Source: Hormoscilla sp. (GTDB lineage Bacteria; Cyanobacteriota; Cyanobacteriia; Cyanobacteriales; Desertifilaceae). From it: a stretch of 64,000 nucleotides of DNA. The stretch spans positions 9,567 through 73,566 of the forward strand of contig JBFRWI010000226.1 of the NCBI GenBank assembly GCA_051439505.1, given 5' to 3'. Below the pieces are notes generated by a model that did not search any database, was not told where the DNA came from, and saw only the letters and a program-made list of their open reading frames with translations. This document shows positions 9,035-19,305 of this stretch, piece after piece. The first letter of the stretch is position 1. Every line of letters starts with the position of its first letter. Made by a program: the position numbers and the translations under genes.

Positions 9035-11113
9035 ATGGTAAAACAGATGCGTGCCAACTCGCTGGTCGTCAAATTTCTGGTACTTTTTCTCCCCTTGTGG
9101 GTAGTGGCTAGCGCGATTTGGGGATGGATTTACAATCAACAAGTGCAGGAGGATAAAGTGGCCCTGCTCGATCGCCAGACTGACAAGGTAGATCGGCAGG
9201 CAAAAGGATTGGTGAGTGACTTTGACTCAATTGTGTCGGACTTAATGATTCTCGCCGAGGAGAACGAACTGCAATTGATTCTGGATGGACGTCAGGCAAT
9301 AGACAAGACCAAACAAGCACTTGGCAAAGAGTATCTATTATTTGCGAGGCACAAAAAAATTTACGACCAAATTAGATATCTGGATGCCAGAGGTCAGGAA
9401 GTTGTGAGAGTCAACTTCAACCAGGGATATCCTGTAATTGTACCCTCTACAGACTTGCAATCTCAAGCAGGGCGCTATTACTTTAGAGATACCTTGGGAC
9501 TGCAACAGGGAGAAGTATTTATGTCCCCCTTCGACTTGAATATGGAAAGGGGGAAGGTGGAGCAACCCTTAAAACCAGTCATCCGCTTTGGGATGCCAGT
9601 GTTTAACAGTCGGGGACAGAAGCGGGGAATTGTCATCATCAACTACTTGGGGGAAAAACTGCTCGATAACCTGGAAAGACAGAACTCCACAGACTCGGGC
9701 ATCTCCATGTTACTCAACTCTCAGGGATTTTGGCTCAAGGGGGCCTCTCCAGAATCCGAATGGGGCTTCATGTTTCCAGACCGCAAAGACCGGACATTTG
9801 GGCGGGCTTTTCCCCAAGCTTGGCAGCGAATTTCTCAGTCGGCATCAGGACAATTTGAAACCTCTGAGGGGCTGTTCGCGTTTACGACCATCTACCCTCT
9901 GCTGGAAATAGAAAAATTACTCATGAGAGAGGGGTTTAACCAAAGTTCGAGCAATAATCAATCCTACTATTGGAAGATTGTTTCCTACGTACCGCCAGCA
10001 GTATTACAGGAAATTTCCCATAGGGATCTGTGGCAACTGCTGCCACTCTATGTAGGGATGGTGGGGGCGATCGCGATCGTCGCTTTGCTGATCTCCAAGC
10101 AGAGGCAATTGGCCGAACAAACGCGCGATCGGATTGCGGGATGGGTCAGTGCCGCAGAAAAGATCTCTGCGGGGGATCTGACTCAAGAAATCGAAGTAGA
10201 TAACCACAAGGACGAACTGGGAAAATTACTGGCGGCCTTCCAAACCATGACTGCAAGTTTAAATTCCTTAATCCGCCAGGTGCAGGAGTCCGGCATTCAG
10301 GTCACCAGTTCGACTACAGAAATTGCCGCTTCTGGCAAGCAATTAGAAGCGACGATGGCCGAACAGTCGGCCTCTACTAACGAGGTGACAGCAGCAGCTA
10401 AAGAAATTGCCTCTACCTCCTCCGAATTAGTCCAAACCATGGGGGAAGTAGGCGATCGGGCATCTCGGACTGCCAACGCCGCTGGTCAAGGTCAACAAGA
10501 CCTGGCCCACATGGAGACAACCATGAATCAGTTAGTCAATAGCACTCGTACCATCTCTGCTAAACTAGGGTTAATTAGTGAAAAAGCCCATAACATCAGT
10601 AGCGTTGTCACCACCATTACTAAGGTAGCCGATCGCACCAATTTACTCTCCCTCAATGCGGCCATTGAAGCAGAGAAAGCGGGAGAAGCTGGGGCTGGTT
10701 TTGCCGTAGTTGCCCGAGAAATCCGTCGTCTGGCAGACCAAACATCTGTGGCAACCTTAGACATCGAAAGCACGGTCAAAGACATGCAATCTGCTGTTTC
10801 TACCGGAGTCATGGAAATGGATAAATTCACCAAAGAAGTAAGTACTAGCGTGGAAGATATCCGCAAGATTAGCCAGCAGTTAGTGGAGATTATCTCCCAA
10901 GTGCAAAGCCTGACCCCGCGTTTTGAAGCTGTCAGTCAAGGCATGGAAAATCAAGCCCAAAGCGCTCAGCAAATTAGCGAGACCATGAGTCAGTTAAGCG
11001 AAGTATCCCAGCAAACCGCTGACTCCCTGCATCAGACTAACAGCGCCCTCGATAATTTACACGAATCTGTGGCTGGATTACAACAAGAAATTTCGCGTTT
11101 TCAGGTCAATTAG
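9035..11113 (+). CDS. Methyl-accepting chemotaxis protein with Cache-type sensor and HAMP domain
   Basis: Two TM segments; YDQIRYLD..RYYF..SPFDLN.E..PVIRF sensor; DELGKL HAMP; TNLLSLNAAIEA..GFAVVAREIRRLA. Confidence 0.95.
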   Translation: MVKQMRANSLVVKFLVLFLPLWVVASAIWGWIYNQQVQEDKVALLDRQTDKVDRQAKGLVSDFDSIVSDLMILAEENELQLILDGRQAIDKTKQALGKEYLLFARHKKIYDQIRYLDARGQEVVRVNFNQGYPVIVPSTDLQSQAGRYYFRDTLGLQQGEVFMSPFDLNMERGKVEQPLKPVIRFGMPVFNSRGQKRGIVIINYLGEKLLDNLERQNSTDSGISMLLNSQGFWLKGASPESEWGFMFPDRKDRTFGRAFPQAWQRISQSASGQFETSEGLFAFTTIYPLLEIEKLLMREGFNQSSSNNQSYYWKIVSYVPPAVLQEISHRDLWQLLPLYVGMVGAIAIVALLISKQRQLAEQTRDRIAGWVSAAEKISAGDLTQEIEVDNHKDELGKLLAAFQTMTASLNSLIRQVQESGIQVTSSTTEIAASGKQLEATMAEQSASTNEVTAAAKEIASTSSELVQTMGEVGDRASRTANAAGQGQQDLAHMETTMNQLVNSTRTISAKLGLISEKAHNISSVVTTITKVADRTNLLSLNAAIEAEKAGEAGAGFAVVAREIRRLADQTSVATLDIESTVKDMQSAVSTGVMEMDKFTKEVSTSVEDIRKISQQLVEIISQVQSLTPRFEAVSQGMENQAQSAQQISETMSQLSEVSQQTADSLHQTNSALDNLHESVAGLQQEISRFQVN

Positions 11114-11135
11114 AAAATCAAAACCTAGTTGGAAG

Positions 11136-12590
11136 ATGGCATTAGAACGCACTCCTAGATATCGCAAGAAGTTATATATAGGGACACTGGTGGCTGTAGT
11201 CCTCATATCCATAATCGAGGCATTTTTGACTCAGCGATCGCTCTTTCAACAGTCGAGTGATTCCCGGGTTATCAATATTGCCGGACGACAGCGGATGCTC
11301 AGCCAAAAGCTATCAAAAGCTGCCCTAGCGGTAAATACCCATGCCGCAGAACGTCAAGAACGCTTGCAAGAACTGTCAGATGCGATCGCCCTCTGGTCCC
11401 GGTCCCATGAAGGCTTAAAAAATGGGGACGCGGAACTAGGGCTACCAGGTAAAAACAGTTCGGAAATCACCCTGATGTTTGCGGAGATCGAACCCCATTA
11501 CCAAGCCATGCTAGCAGCAGGGCGGCAAATACTATCTAGCAATCAATCCCGGACTGCCGATATCTTACCCTTGCTGAAGACAATTCTCGCTAATGAAGTA
11601 CCATTTTTGAAAGGAATGAACGAAATCGTCTTTCAGTACGAGCGAGAAGCCCAAGGCCGGGTGGAAAAATTGGAAAACATTCAGTGGTTATTACTGGCGA
11701 TCGTCTTGCCAATGTTGCTTTTCTTATTTCTTACCATAGAAAGCGTCACGAAAAACCTGAATTCCTTGATTGGCAAGATGCAGGAGTCCGGGATCCAGGT
11801 AACATCTTCATCTACGCAAATTGCCGCATCAGGTAAGCAATTAGAGGCAACGGTGACAGAACAGGTGGCATCTACCAACGAGGTGACAGCTACGGCCCAA
11901 GAGATTGCCAATAATTCTCGGGAATTAATGCAAACAATGGAGCAAGTCGCACAGTTAGTTCAAGCTACGGCTGATGCAACCAGTAGCAGTCAGGAAGACT
12001 TGCAGCGCATGGAAACAACCATGAGTCAGTTAGCGGAGGCCACTACTGCTATTGCTGCTAAACTGGGGTTAATTAGCGAGAAAGCCAATCAGATCAATAG
12101 CGTGGTCACCACCATCACCAAAGTAGCCGATCGCACCAATTTACTCTCCCTCAACGCGGCGATCGAAGCGGAGAAAGCCGGAGAATTTGGGGCGGGTTTT
12201 GCTGTAGTTGCCAGAGAAATCCGTCGCCTGGCGGACCAAACCGCTGTTGCCACCTTAGACATCGAGAGTATGGTCAAAGATATGCAAACCGCTGTTTCTG
12301 CTGGCGTCATGTCAATGGATAAATTCAGGCAAGAAGTCCGTCAGGGGGTGGCAGATGTCCGCAATATTATTCAGCAAATTCAGGAGGCGATCGCCCAAGT
12401 GCAAAGTCTGACTCCGCGTTTTGAAGTCGTGACTCAAGGCATGGAAAATCAATGCATCAGCGCCGAACAAATCCGAGAAGCAATGGAGCAATTAAGCGAA
12501 GCCTCCCTGCAAACAGCAACTGTATTGCGGGATACGAATCATACCCTGGAGCAATTACATGATGCTGCCCAACAGTTACAAATAATATGA
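11136..12590 (+). CDS. Methyl-accepting chemotaxis protein with PilJ/NarX-like sensor domain
   Basis: INIAGRQRMLSQK after TM1; MCP signalling domain; no obvious HAMP after TM2. Confidence 0.93.
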   Translation: MALERTPRYRKKLYIGTLVAVVLISIIEAFLTQRSLFQQSSDSRVINIAGRQRMLSQKLSKAALAVNTHAAERQERLQELSDAIALWSRSHEGLKNGDAELGLPGKNSSEITLMFAEIEPHYQAMLAAGRQILSSNQSRTADILPLLKTILANEVPFLKGMNEIVFQYEREAQGRVEKLENIQWLLLAIVLPMLLFLFLTIESVTKNLNSLIGKMQESGIQVTSSSTQIAASGKQLEATVTEQVASTNEVTATAQEIANNSRELMQTMEQVAQLVQATADATSSSQEDLQRMETTMSQLAEATTAIAAKLGLISEKANQINSVVTTITKVADRTNLLSLNAAIEAEKAGEFGAGFAVVAREIRRLADQTAVATLDIESMVKDMQTAVSAGVMSMDKFRQEVRQGVADVRNIIQQIQEAIAQVQSLTPRFEVVTQGMENQCISAEQIREAMEQLSEASLQTATVLRDTNHTLEQLHDAAQQLQII

Positions 12591-12709
12591 GAGCATGGAG
12601 AATTTAGAATTGAGAAGAACAATTCGCAATTAGCCATTCACAATGTTCAATTTGCCATTGGCCAGCGGATATGTTAAAATGTGTCAAGACCCCTAGCTGA
12701 AAATTATCG

Positions 12710-13558
12710 ATGCTTTTGACGTCCATAGTCGATCGCTTGGGCAAACCTTACTACCAAGCACCTAACTGCTGGATTTATTGGGTAGATTGCCTGGAAGCTT
12801 TTGCCCAGTTGCCTGACAGCTCGATAAATCTAACGATTACCAGTCCCCCCTATAACATTGGCAAAGAATACGAGCGATCGCTACCAGTGGCAGAATATCT
12901 GGATTGGTGCCAAAAATGGATTGCCATGGTTTACCGAAGTACCCATCCAAGTGGAGCATTTTGGCTAAACTTAGGCTATTTTTCCCTGAGCGATCGGGCC
13001 AAAGCTATTCCCATTCCCTACCTGCTGTGGGAGAGAATTCCCTTCTATCTCATGCAGGAAATTGTGTGGCATTATGGAGCTGGCGTCGCCTGTAAAAAAA
13101 TCTTTTCTCCCCGCAATGAAAAATTTTTGTGGTACGTCAAAAATCCCAACAGTTACACTTTTAACTTAGATGAGGTCCGCGATCCGAATGTCAAATACCC
13201 CAATCAAAAAAAGAATGGCAAAATAAAAGTCAATTCCCAGGGTAAAAATCCCACGAATGTGTGGCAATTTCCCAAGGTGACATCCGGCAAAAACAGATCT
13301 GCCAAAGAACGAACTCCTCATCCCGCTCAATTTCCGGTAGCGGCGATCGAACGAATTGTCAAAGCATCATCCAATCAGAACGAAATCGTACTAGATCCGT
13401 TTATGGGTTCTGGTACTACTGCGGTGGTTGCTTTAGACTTACAGCGCCCGGTGATTGGATTTGAAATTCGCCAAGACTATTGCGATATTGCTGCTGGTCG
13501 GATTGACAATTTTCTCAGTCACAAGGCAATTGAACAATCTCAACTCTCTTTGTTTTAG
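12710..13558 (+). CDS. Beta-class amino DNA methyltransferase (probably N4-mC)
   Basis: TSPPYN (motif IV) is N-terminal; HPAQFP and DPFMGSGTT (motif I) are C-terminal. Confidence 0.93.
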   Translation: MLLTSIVDRLGKPYYQAPNCWIYWVDCLEAFAQLPDSSINLTITSPPYNIGKEYERSLPVAEYLDWCQKWIAMVYRSTHPSGAFWLNLGYFSLSDRAKAIPIPYLLWERIPFYLMQEIVWHYGAGVACKKIFSPRNEKFLWYVKNPNSYTFNLDEVRDPNVKYPNQKKNGKIKVNSQGKNPTNVWQFPKVTSGKNRSAKERTPHPAQFPVAAIERIVKASSNQNEIVLDPFMGSGTTAVVALDLQRPVIGFEIRQDYCDIAAGRIDNFLSHKAIEQSQLSLF

Positions 13559-13655
13559 GAGAAAGCGGATTTACTGGCAATCTTTTCTTTCTTTTTCGTG
13601 CGGGTGTCCCTGCTCTCCCCCACCCTCATAAAATAAAACACTTAATAAATATCTT

Positions 13656-14258
13656 TTATAGTGGCAATTCTAGCAGCTTATAGCGCTCTACATCTAAACT
13701 TAATCGTGCTTGCTGACCTGTTGCGGCCACCTGACCTTGCCAATCAGACCAGTCTATCCATCCAAATCGGACTAAAGTAATAGCAGGTCTTTGTGATTTT
13801 TTTTGCTTATCGAATTTTTCAAAATTTACAACCAGATAATAGCCAGATTTATCCTTTTTGCCTTTTCCACTCGTGGTGCTTTTTTGAGCGTAACTTCGAT
13901 TTCCGTAGGTGCTCCGTTTGCTCGAAGATGTTTTGAGTTCTAGAGAAAATTTCTGGTTGGGAATATAGACAATATCTTTTTCCTCTTCATTTTCTTGGCC
14001 TCGCCAAATTCCTGGGTAGCGACGAGCAAATTCCAACGGAATAAGCTCGTGCAAAAATAAACCCATAATTTGGGGACGGGGAAATAAATCAACTCCAATC
14101 CTATAGCAGGCACTGGTTATATTCGATTCAAATATTTCATCCCAAATGCGAATAATCAGTTTATAAATTTCCTCGGGATTGAGGGGATGCTGTTCTATGA
14201 GTTCCCGTGTCTTTGCCGACCATTTTTCAACGGGAATTCCTTCATAAGGTGATACCAT
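13656..14258 (-). CDS. Type II restriction endonuclease, ScaI-like
   Basis: SPYEG..W..KT.ELI..HPL, PQIMG.FLHELIP, KDIV..SLELKTSS..GNRSYAQ, RFGWID..DW.GQ.AATGQQA; PD-(D/E)xK core; convergent with the MTase. Confidence 0.85.
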   Translation of the reverse strand: MVSPYEGIPVEKWSAKTRELIEQHPLNPEEIYKLIIRIWDEIFESNITSACYRIGVDLFPRPQIMGLFLHELIPLEFARRYPGIWRGQENEEEKDIVYIPNQKFSLELKTSSSKRSTYGNRSYAQKSTTSGKGKKDKSGYYLVVNFEKFDKQKKSQRPAITLVRFGWIDWSDWQGQVAATGQQARLSLDVERYKLLELPL

Positions 14259-14480
14259 TTACTCAATTCCTTCTAACAACTCCTTTGCTGAGACTCCTAA
14301 TGCTTTCGCTAATCGCAAAATATTCAACAGGGCCACATTTCTTTCACCGCGCTCGATCCCGCCAATGTAGTTGCGGTGCAGCCCGGCTAGTTCTGCTAAC
14401 TGTTCTTGCGAAAGATCTCGCGCTTTTCTCAAGCTACGCACTCTTTCGCCAAATTTTTTTAGCTCGCAATTTGTCTCCAC
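14259..14480 (-). CDS. R-M controller (C) protein, XRE HTH
   Basis: FGERVRSLR..LSQEQLAELAGLHRNYIGGIERGERNVAL; abuts the REase start codon. Confidence 0.9.
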   Translation of the reverse strand: METNCELKKFGERVRSLRKARDLSQEQLAELAGLHRNYIGGIERGERNVALLNILRLAKALGVSAKELLEGIE

Positions 14481-14510
14481 CCCACGAACATACTGGCTGG
14501 GATAGCCTCG

Positions 14511-14530
14511 CTCTACACACTATGAGTGTG
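14511..14530 (-). promoter_or_regulatory. Putative C-box operator
   Basis: Minus strand CACACTCATAGTGTGTAGAG: palindromic ACT-CAT-AGT followed by TGTA, like the PvuII-type C-box GACT-N3-AGTC-TGTA; 30-50 bp upstream of the C gene. Confidence 0.6.
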
Positions 14531-14550
14531 ATCTGGATGCCCAGGGGCTG

Positions 14551-14710
14551 GTTGCCAGAGAAATCTATCGTCTGGCGGACTTCATCGCTGCTGCTACCTG
14601 AGATATTGAAACTATGGTTAAAAATATGCGATCTGCGGTTTATACTGGCGTCATGTAAATGGATAAATTCAGCTAATTACAGAATGCTGCCCAACAGTTA
14701 CAAATAACAT
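14551..14710 (+). pseudogene. Degenerate duplicate of an MCP 3' end
   Basis: Translates VAREIYRLADFIAAAT*DIETMVKNMRSAVYTGVM*MDKF; 14684-14707 is identical to 12562-12585. Confidence 0.85.
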
Positions 14711-14815
14711 GATAGAATGGAGAATATAGAATGTAGAATTGAGAATTGAGAATTGAGAAGAACAATTAGCCATTAGCAATTAGCCATTCACAATTAACAA
14801 ACAGTTACAAATAAC

Positions 14816-15475
14816 ATGATTGCAGATTGCTGGAATAAAATAGGCGTGGCAGGCGATCGCACGTGCCCGGAACTGGAAACGGTGACTCACTGCCACAACT
14901 GTCCCGTCTATGCCACAGGGGGGCGCAGTTTACTCGATCGGGCAGCCCCCGAAGGCTATATTGATGAATGGACCAACTTACTCGCACAGCGCAAGTCTGC
15001 CGAGTCGGTCTCACAGAGTTCGGTATCAGTTCTGATCTTTCGCCTGAAAGGAGAATGGATAGCATTACCGACTAAAATATTCAAGGAAGTCACTCCCCCC
15101 TGTGTCATCCATACCCTACCCCACCGGAGTAACGAACTCTTCCTGGGGCTGGGGAACATCCGGGGAGAAATCCAACTATGCATTGCCCTTGACCTTCTCT
15201 TAGGTATAGAAACAACAACATCCCCACCCGATAGTCCTGGCGTTGTCTATCAACGGATGGTGGTTGTGGAAAAAGCCGGAGACACCTGGGTATTTCCCGT
15301 TGATGAAATCGCGGGCGTCCACCCCGTCCAACCTCATCAATTCCAAGATGTGCCAACGGTAATCGATCGCCACCCAGAAACTTATACCAAAGCTATCATT
15401 GACTGGGACGATCTAAAAATTAATTTTCTCGACGAGCAGTTATTGTTTGATACCCTAAAAAGGAGAATTTTGTGA
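14816..15475 (+). CDS. cheW: CheW adaptor (WspD-like)
   Basis: DCWNKIGVAGDRTCPEL..HCHNCPVY N-terminus typical of WspD, followed by a CheW domain. Confidence 0.93.
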   Translation: MIADCWNKIGVAGDRTCPELETVTHCHNCPVYATGGRSLLDRAAPEGYIDEWTNLLAQRKSAESVSQSSVSVLIFRLKGEWIALPTKIFKEVTPPCVIHTLPHRSNELFLGLGNIRGEIQLCIALDLLLGIETTTSPPDSPGVVYQRMVVVEKAGDTWVFPVDEIAGVHPVQPHQFQDVPTVIDRHPETYTKAIIDWDDLKINFLDEQLLFDTLKRRIL

Positions 15476-17865
15476 CCAACTTTCAACCAGATATGAGCAA
15501 TTTTTCCATGCTAGAGTTGTTCGGCATGGAAGTAGAAACCCAGGTAGCAATTTTAAACGAAAACCTCTTAGCCCTGGAAACGTTCCTAACCCAGACAATC
15601 CCAGAAGAAGACAAAGAAAAAATGCTGTCCGCCCTGATGCGTGCTGCCCATTCGATTAAAGGTGCGGCCCGCATTGTCCAAATTGAACCTGCTGTGAAAA
15701 TAGCTCACTTCATGGAGGATTGCTTTGTCGGCGTCCAAGCTGGAAATATTAGTTTGTCCCCAGATCAAATTGACGTGCTGCTGGCAGGAGTCGATCTGCT
15801 GCTAGGCATCAGTCAGGTAGGCGAACCCGGTCTAGATAATTGGTTGGCCGAACATAATCAGGAAATTGGTAATACTATTAGCGCGATCGCGGCTATTCTC
15901 GGCAGGCGGAAGACAGACCACGAACCACCCCAGAAGGATACTGCCAATTCTACCCCGAAAGCTCCCAGTCAGCAACAGGCGATCGCCCCATCTTCCCAAA
16001 CCGATGCTGAAGTACCCAGTCCCAAAGAGGCGATCGCCCCAACTTCCGAAACAGATACTGAAGTCCCCAGTCAGCAACAGATCGCCGGACCTGAAAGTCA
16101 GTCGGAAGTGACTGTCGTACCCACGACCCCCGATCGAGTGCTGCGGGTGAGTCGAGAAAACTTAAATCGCCTCATGGGTTTAGCAGGAGAAGCATTGGTA
16201 GACGCCAAGTGGTTCGACTCCTTTGCTGATTCTCTGCTACAATTGAAGAAACGTCAAGGGGAATTGTCTCAGATTATCGAAAAATTACAAGGACATTTGC
16301 CAGATCTCAATTACCAGGGTTCCCAATATCTCCAAGCAGCCGTACAAAAGCACAACGAATGTGCAGAAATGCTGGCCGATCGCCTGAACGAAGTAGAGTT
16401 ATTTTCCAGTCGTTCTGCCAATCTTTCCGATCGCCTGTACCGAGAAGTAATTGCTTCTCACATGCGTCCTTTCGCCGACGGGGTCGAGAGTTTTCCCCGG
16501 ATGGTGCGAGATTTAGCCAGACAACTGCACAAGCAAGTTAAATTAGAAATTATCGGCTCGTCTACCCCAGTCGATCGGGATATTTTACAGAAACTAGAAG
16601 CGCCACTCACTCATATTATCCGCAATGCTATCGATCACGGCATCGAACTGCCTCAAGAGCGAAAGGCCGCTGGCAAACCCGAAACAGGGACGGTGCGACT
16701 AGAAGCAGTTCATCGAGCGGGAATGTTATCAATTATAGTTGCTGATGACGGCAACGGCATAGGTTTAGAAAAATTGCGCAGTCAAATTGTCACGCAAAAG
16801 CTGGCAACAGCAGAAATGGCAACTCAGCTAACAGAAAACGAGCTGATGGAGTTTTTATTTTTGCCCGGATTTTCCACAGCCGATCGGGTGACAGAAATTT
16901 CCGGTCGCGGCGTTGGTTTGGATGTTGCTAAAAGCATGGTGCAGGAGGTAGGAGGGACTCTGCGAGCCATTTCCCATCCAGGGGAAGGCATGAGTTTTCA
17001 CTTCCAATTGCCCCTAACGCTGTCAGTCATTCGCACCCTGTTAGTAGAAATATCTGGAGAAACCTTTGCCTTTCCCCTCACGCGCATTGAACAGGTACTT
17101 AAAGTTCCGAAAGACAAAATATATCTGGTCGAAAACCAGCAATATTTTATCCGGAACGAGCAAAATATTGGATTGGTAGCTGCTCATCAAGTGTTAGAAT
17201 TAACACCCTCAGCTACCTTCAATTCGGAATTATTGCCAGTTATAGTGATCGGCGATCGCTTAAACTATTATGGATTAGTGGTCGAGCGGTTTTTAGGAGA
17301 ACGAGATTTGGTCGTCAGACCTTTAGATCCGCGCCTGGGCAAAGTTCGAGATATTAGTGCCGCCGCCCTCAGGGAAGATGGTTCCCTAGTTCTGATTGTC
17401 GATGTAGCCGATCTGGTGCGATCGATCGATAACCTCCTAGGTAGCAAGCAGTTGCACCTCGTCAGTCAGGAGGAGACAAGCTATAATGTCGAGAAACAGC
17501 AAAAGATCATTCTCGTAGTAGACGATTCGATTACGGTGCGGGAGATGGAACGTAAATTACTGGAAAACAACGGTTACCAAGTAGAAGTTGCCGTCGATGG
17601 CATGGATGGTTGGAACGCCGTGAGAACTGGCAACTACGATCTGATTATTACCGATGTTGATATGCCCCGCATGGACGGCATAGAACTGGTAAACCAGATT
17701 AAAACCCATCCCAATTTAAAGTCAACTCCCGTAATTATTGTTTCCTATAAAGACCGCGAAGAGGACCGCATCCGAGGCATGGAAGCAGGGGCTGATTATT
17801 ATTTAACCAAAAGTAGTTTCCACGATGATAGTCTGATCGATGCTGTCAGAGACGTGATTGGTTAA
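15472..17865 (+). CDS. cheA: Hybrid CheA-receiver kinase (WspE-like)
   Basis: Hpt RAAHSIKGAA, HIIRNAIDHG, ISGRGVGLD, CheW domain, C-terminal receiver. Confidence 0.96.
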   Translation: MTNFQPDMSNFSMLELFGMEVETQVAILNENLLALETFLTQTIPEEDKEKMLSALMRAAHSIKGAARIVQIEPAVKIAHFMEDCFVGVQAGNISLSPDQIDVLLAGVDLLLGISQVGEPGLDNWLAEHNQEIGNTISAIAAILGRRKTDHEPPQKDTANSTPKAPSQQQAIAPSSQTDAEVPSPKEAIAPTSETDTEVPSQQQIAGPESQSEVTVVPTTPDRVLRVSRENLNRLMGLAGEALVDAKWFDSFADSLLQLKKRQGELSQIIEKLQGHLPDLNYQGSQYLQAAVQKHNECAEMLADRLNEVELFSSRSANLSDRLYREVIASHMRPFADGVESFPRMVRDLARQLHKQVKLEIIGSSTPVDRDILQKLEAPLTHIIRNAIDHGIELPQERKAAGKPETGTVRLEAVHRAGMLSIIVADDGNGIGLEKLRSQIVTQKLATAEMATQLTENELMEFLFLPGFSTADRVTEISGRGVGLDVAKSMVQEVGGTLRAISHPGEGMSFHFQLPLTLSVIRTLLVEISGETFAFPLTRIEQVLKVPKDKIYLVENQQYFIRNEQNIGLVAAHQVLELTPSATFNSELLPVIVIGDRLNYYGLVVERFLGERDLVVRPLDPRLGKVRDISAAALREDGSLVLIVDVADLVRSIDNLLGSKQLHLVSQEETSYNVEKQQKIILVVDDSITVREMERKLLENNGYQVEVAVDGMDGWNAVRTGNYDLIITDVDMPRMDGIELVNQIKTHPNLKSTPVIIVSYKDREEDRIRGMEAGADYYLTKSSFHDDSLIDAVRDVIG

Positions 17866-17964
17866 TTGAGAATGGCGAATGGAGAATGGAAAATGGAGAA
17901 TGGAGAATGGAAAATGGAGAAGAACAATTAACCATTCACAATTAGCCATTCACAATTTAAAAGA

Positions 17965-19074
17965 ATGAGAATAGCTATTGTCAATGATATGCTGATGACA
18001 GTGGAAGTGTTGCGGCGGGTCTTGGCGACAGTGCCCGACTATGAACTAGCTTGGGTAGCACGTAATGGCGCATTTGCTGTAGCAAAATGTGCAGTAGACT
18101 GTCCGGATTTGATTTTAATGGACTTGCTGATGCCAGTGATGGATGGAGTCGAGGCGACACGCCAGATTATGAAATCAACTCCCTGCGCTATTCTCGTCGT
18201 TACTTCTAGCATTAAAGCTAATGTTTCCCAGGTATTTGCCGCCATGGGTTTTGGGGCGCTGGATGTAGTTAAGGTGCCAATTTTGGGAACTGCTGGAAAA
18301 CCTGAAGCTGCTAAGGAACTGCTGAAAAAAATAGCCACGATCGCCAAACTGATTGGCAAATCATCCCAGTCCCGTATCCCCAAACCATCACCCAGGACCA
18401 CATCGGAAATCCCACATCGGCAAGCAATGGATCCTTTAATCGCGATCGGGGCTTCCGCTGGCGGTCCGATCGCCCTAGCGAAAATACTATCCAGGTTACC
18501 AAAGAATTTTTCCGGGGCAGTGGCGATCGTCCAGCATATAGATGCTCAGTTTGCCCCCGGTTTAGCAGAGTGGTTGGATCGACAGACGCCATTAACCGTT
18601 AAGTTAGCGAGATCCGGTAACCAGTTTCAAGGGAGGCAAGTCTTGGTTGCTGGAACCAACGACCACCTAATTTTGCGCTCCCATCTCGCCCTCTCTTATA
18701 CTAAAGAGCCTCGGGATTATCCCTATCGCCCGTCAGTAGATGTATTTTTTCGCAGCATCGCTTCTTACTGGCCGGACAAGGGAGTAGGGGTACTGCTGAC
18801 CGGCATGGGTAGAGATGGTGCCACTGGGTTGAGTCATCTGCGAGCTGCCGGTTGGCATACGATCGCCCAAGATCGACGTAGCTGCGCCGTCTATGGCATG
18901 CCCAAAGCCGCAGTAGAATTGGGTGCAGCGGTGGAGGTTTTGTCTTTAGAGGCGATCGCCAACCGGATCGTTTTCTTGACCGAGAAGAAGCGAAGCCAGG
19001 ATCGCCACAAATCTCAACATTTCGATCCTTCTGTGAGCAAATTTCCTGGGGGTAATAGCTTTCGCTCGTCTTGA
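17965..19074 (+). CDS. cheB: CheB methylesterase with receiver domain (WspF-like)
   Basis: MRIAIVND receiver; [29 protein letters not shown]. Confidence 0.96.
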   Translation: MRIAIVNDMLMTVEVLRRVLATVPDYELAWVARNGAFAVAKCAVDCPDLILMDLLMPVMDGVEATRQIMKSTPCAILVVTSSIKANVSQVFAAMGFGALDVVKVPILGTAGKPEAAKELLKKIATIAKLIGKSSQSRIPKPSPRTTSEIPHRQAMDPLIAIGASAGGPIALAKILSRLPKNFSGAVAIVQHIDAQFAPGLAEWLDRQTPLTVKLARSGNQFQGRQVLVAGTNDHLILRSHLALSYTKEPRDYPYRPSVDVFFRSIASYWPDKGVGVLLTGMGRDGATGLSHLRAAGWHTIAQDRRSCAVYGMPKAAVELGAAVEVLSLEAIANRIVFLTEKKRSQDRHKSQHFDPSVSKFPGGNSFRSS

Positions 19075-19305
19075 GGCAAGGGAGCATTTCCAGAGCCTAT
19101 AGTAAGTATTTTTACTCTCTAACCGAATGCTAGCAGAATCAGACCTTAGGTAGAGACCCTCAGCTTAAATCTTTCCTAAGTTTTCACCGATTTTTCACAA
19201 TCGCCCCTTAAACTGGGATTTAACTGGAGAGCCATTATGTAATATAATTGACAGTAGCACATCAATGAGTTTGATAAACTGCCACAGGTCGTGAGGTAAA
19301 AAATA

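Noticed and set aside
17866..17960. Heptamer tracts (also ~7294, ~12595, ~14715) as regulatory arrays
   Set aside because: They look like the common short tandem repeats of filamentous cyanobacteria; no specific function is supported.
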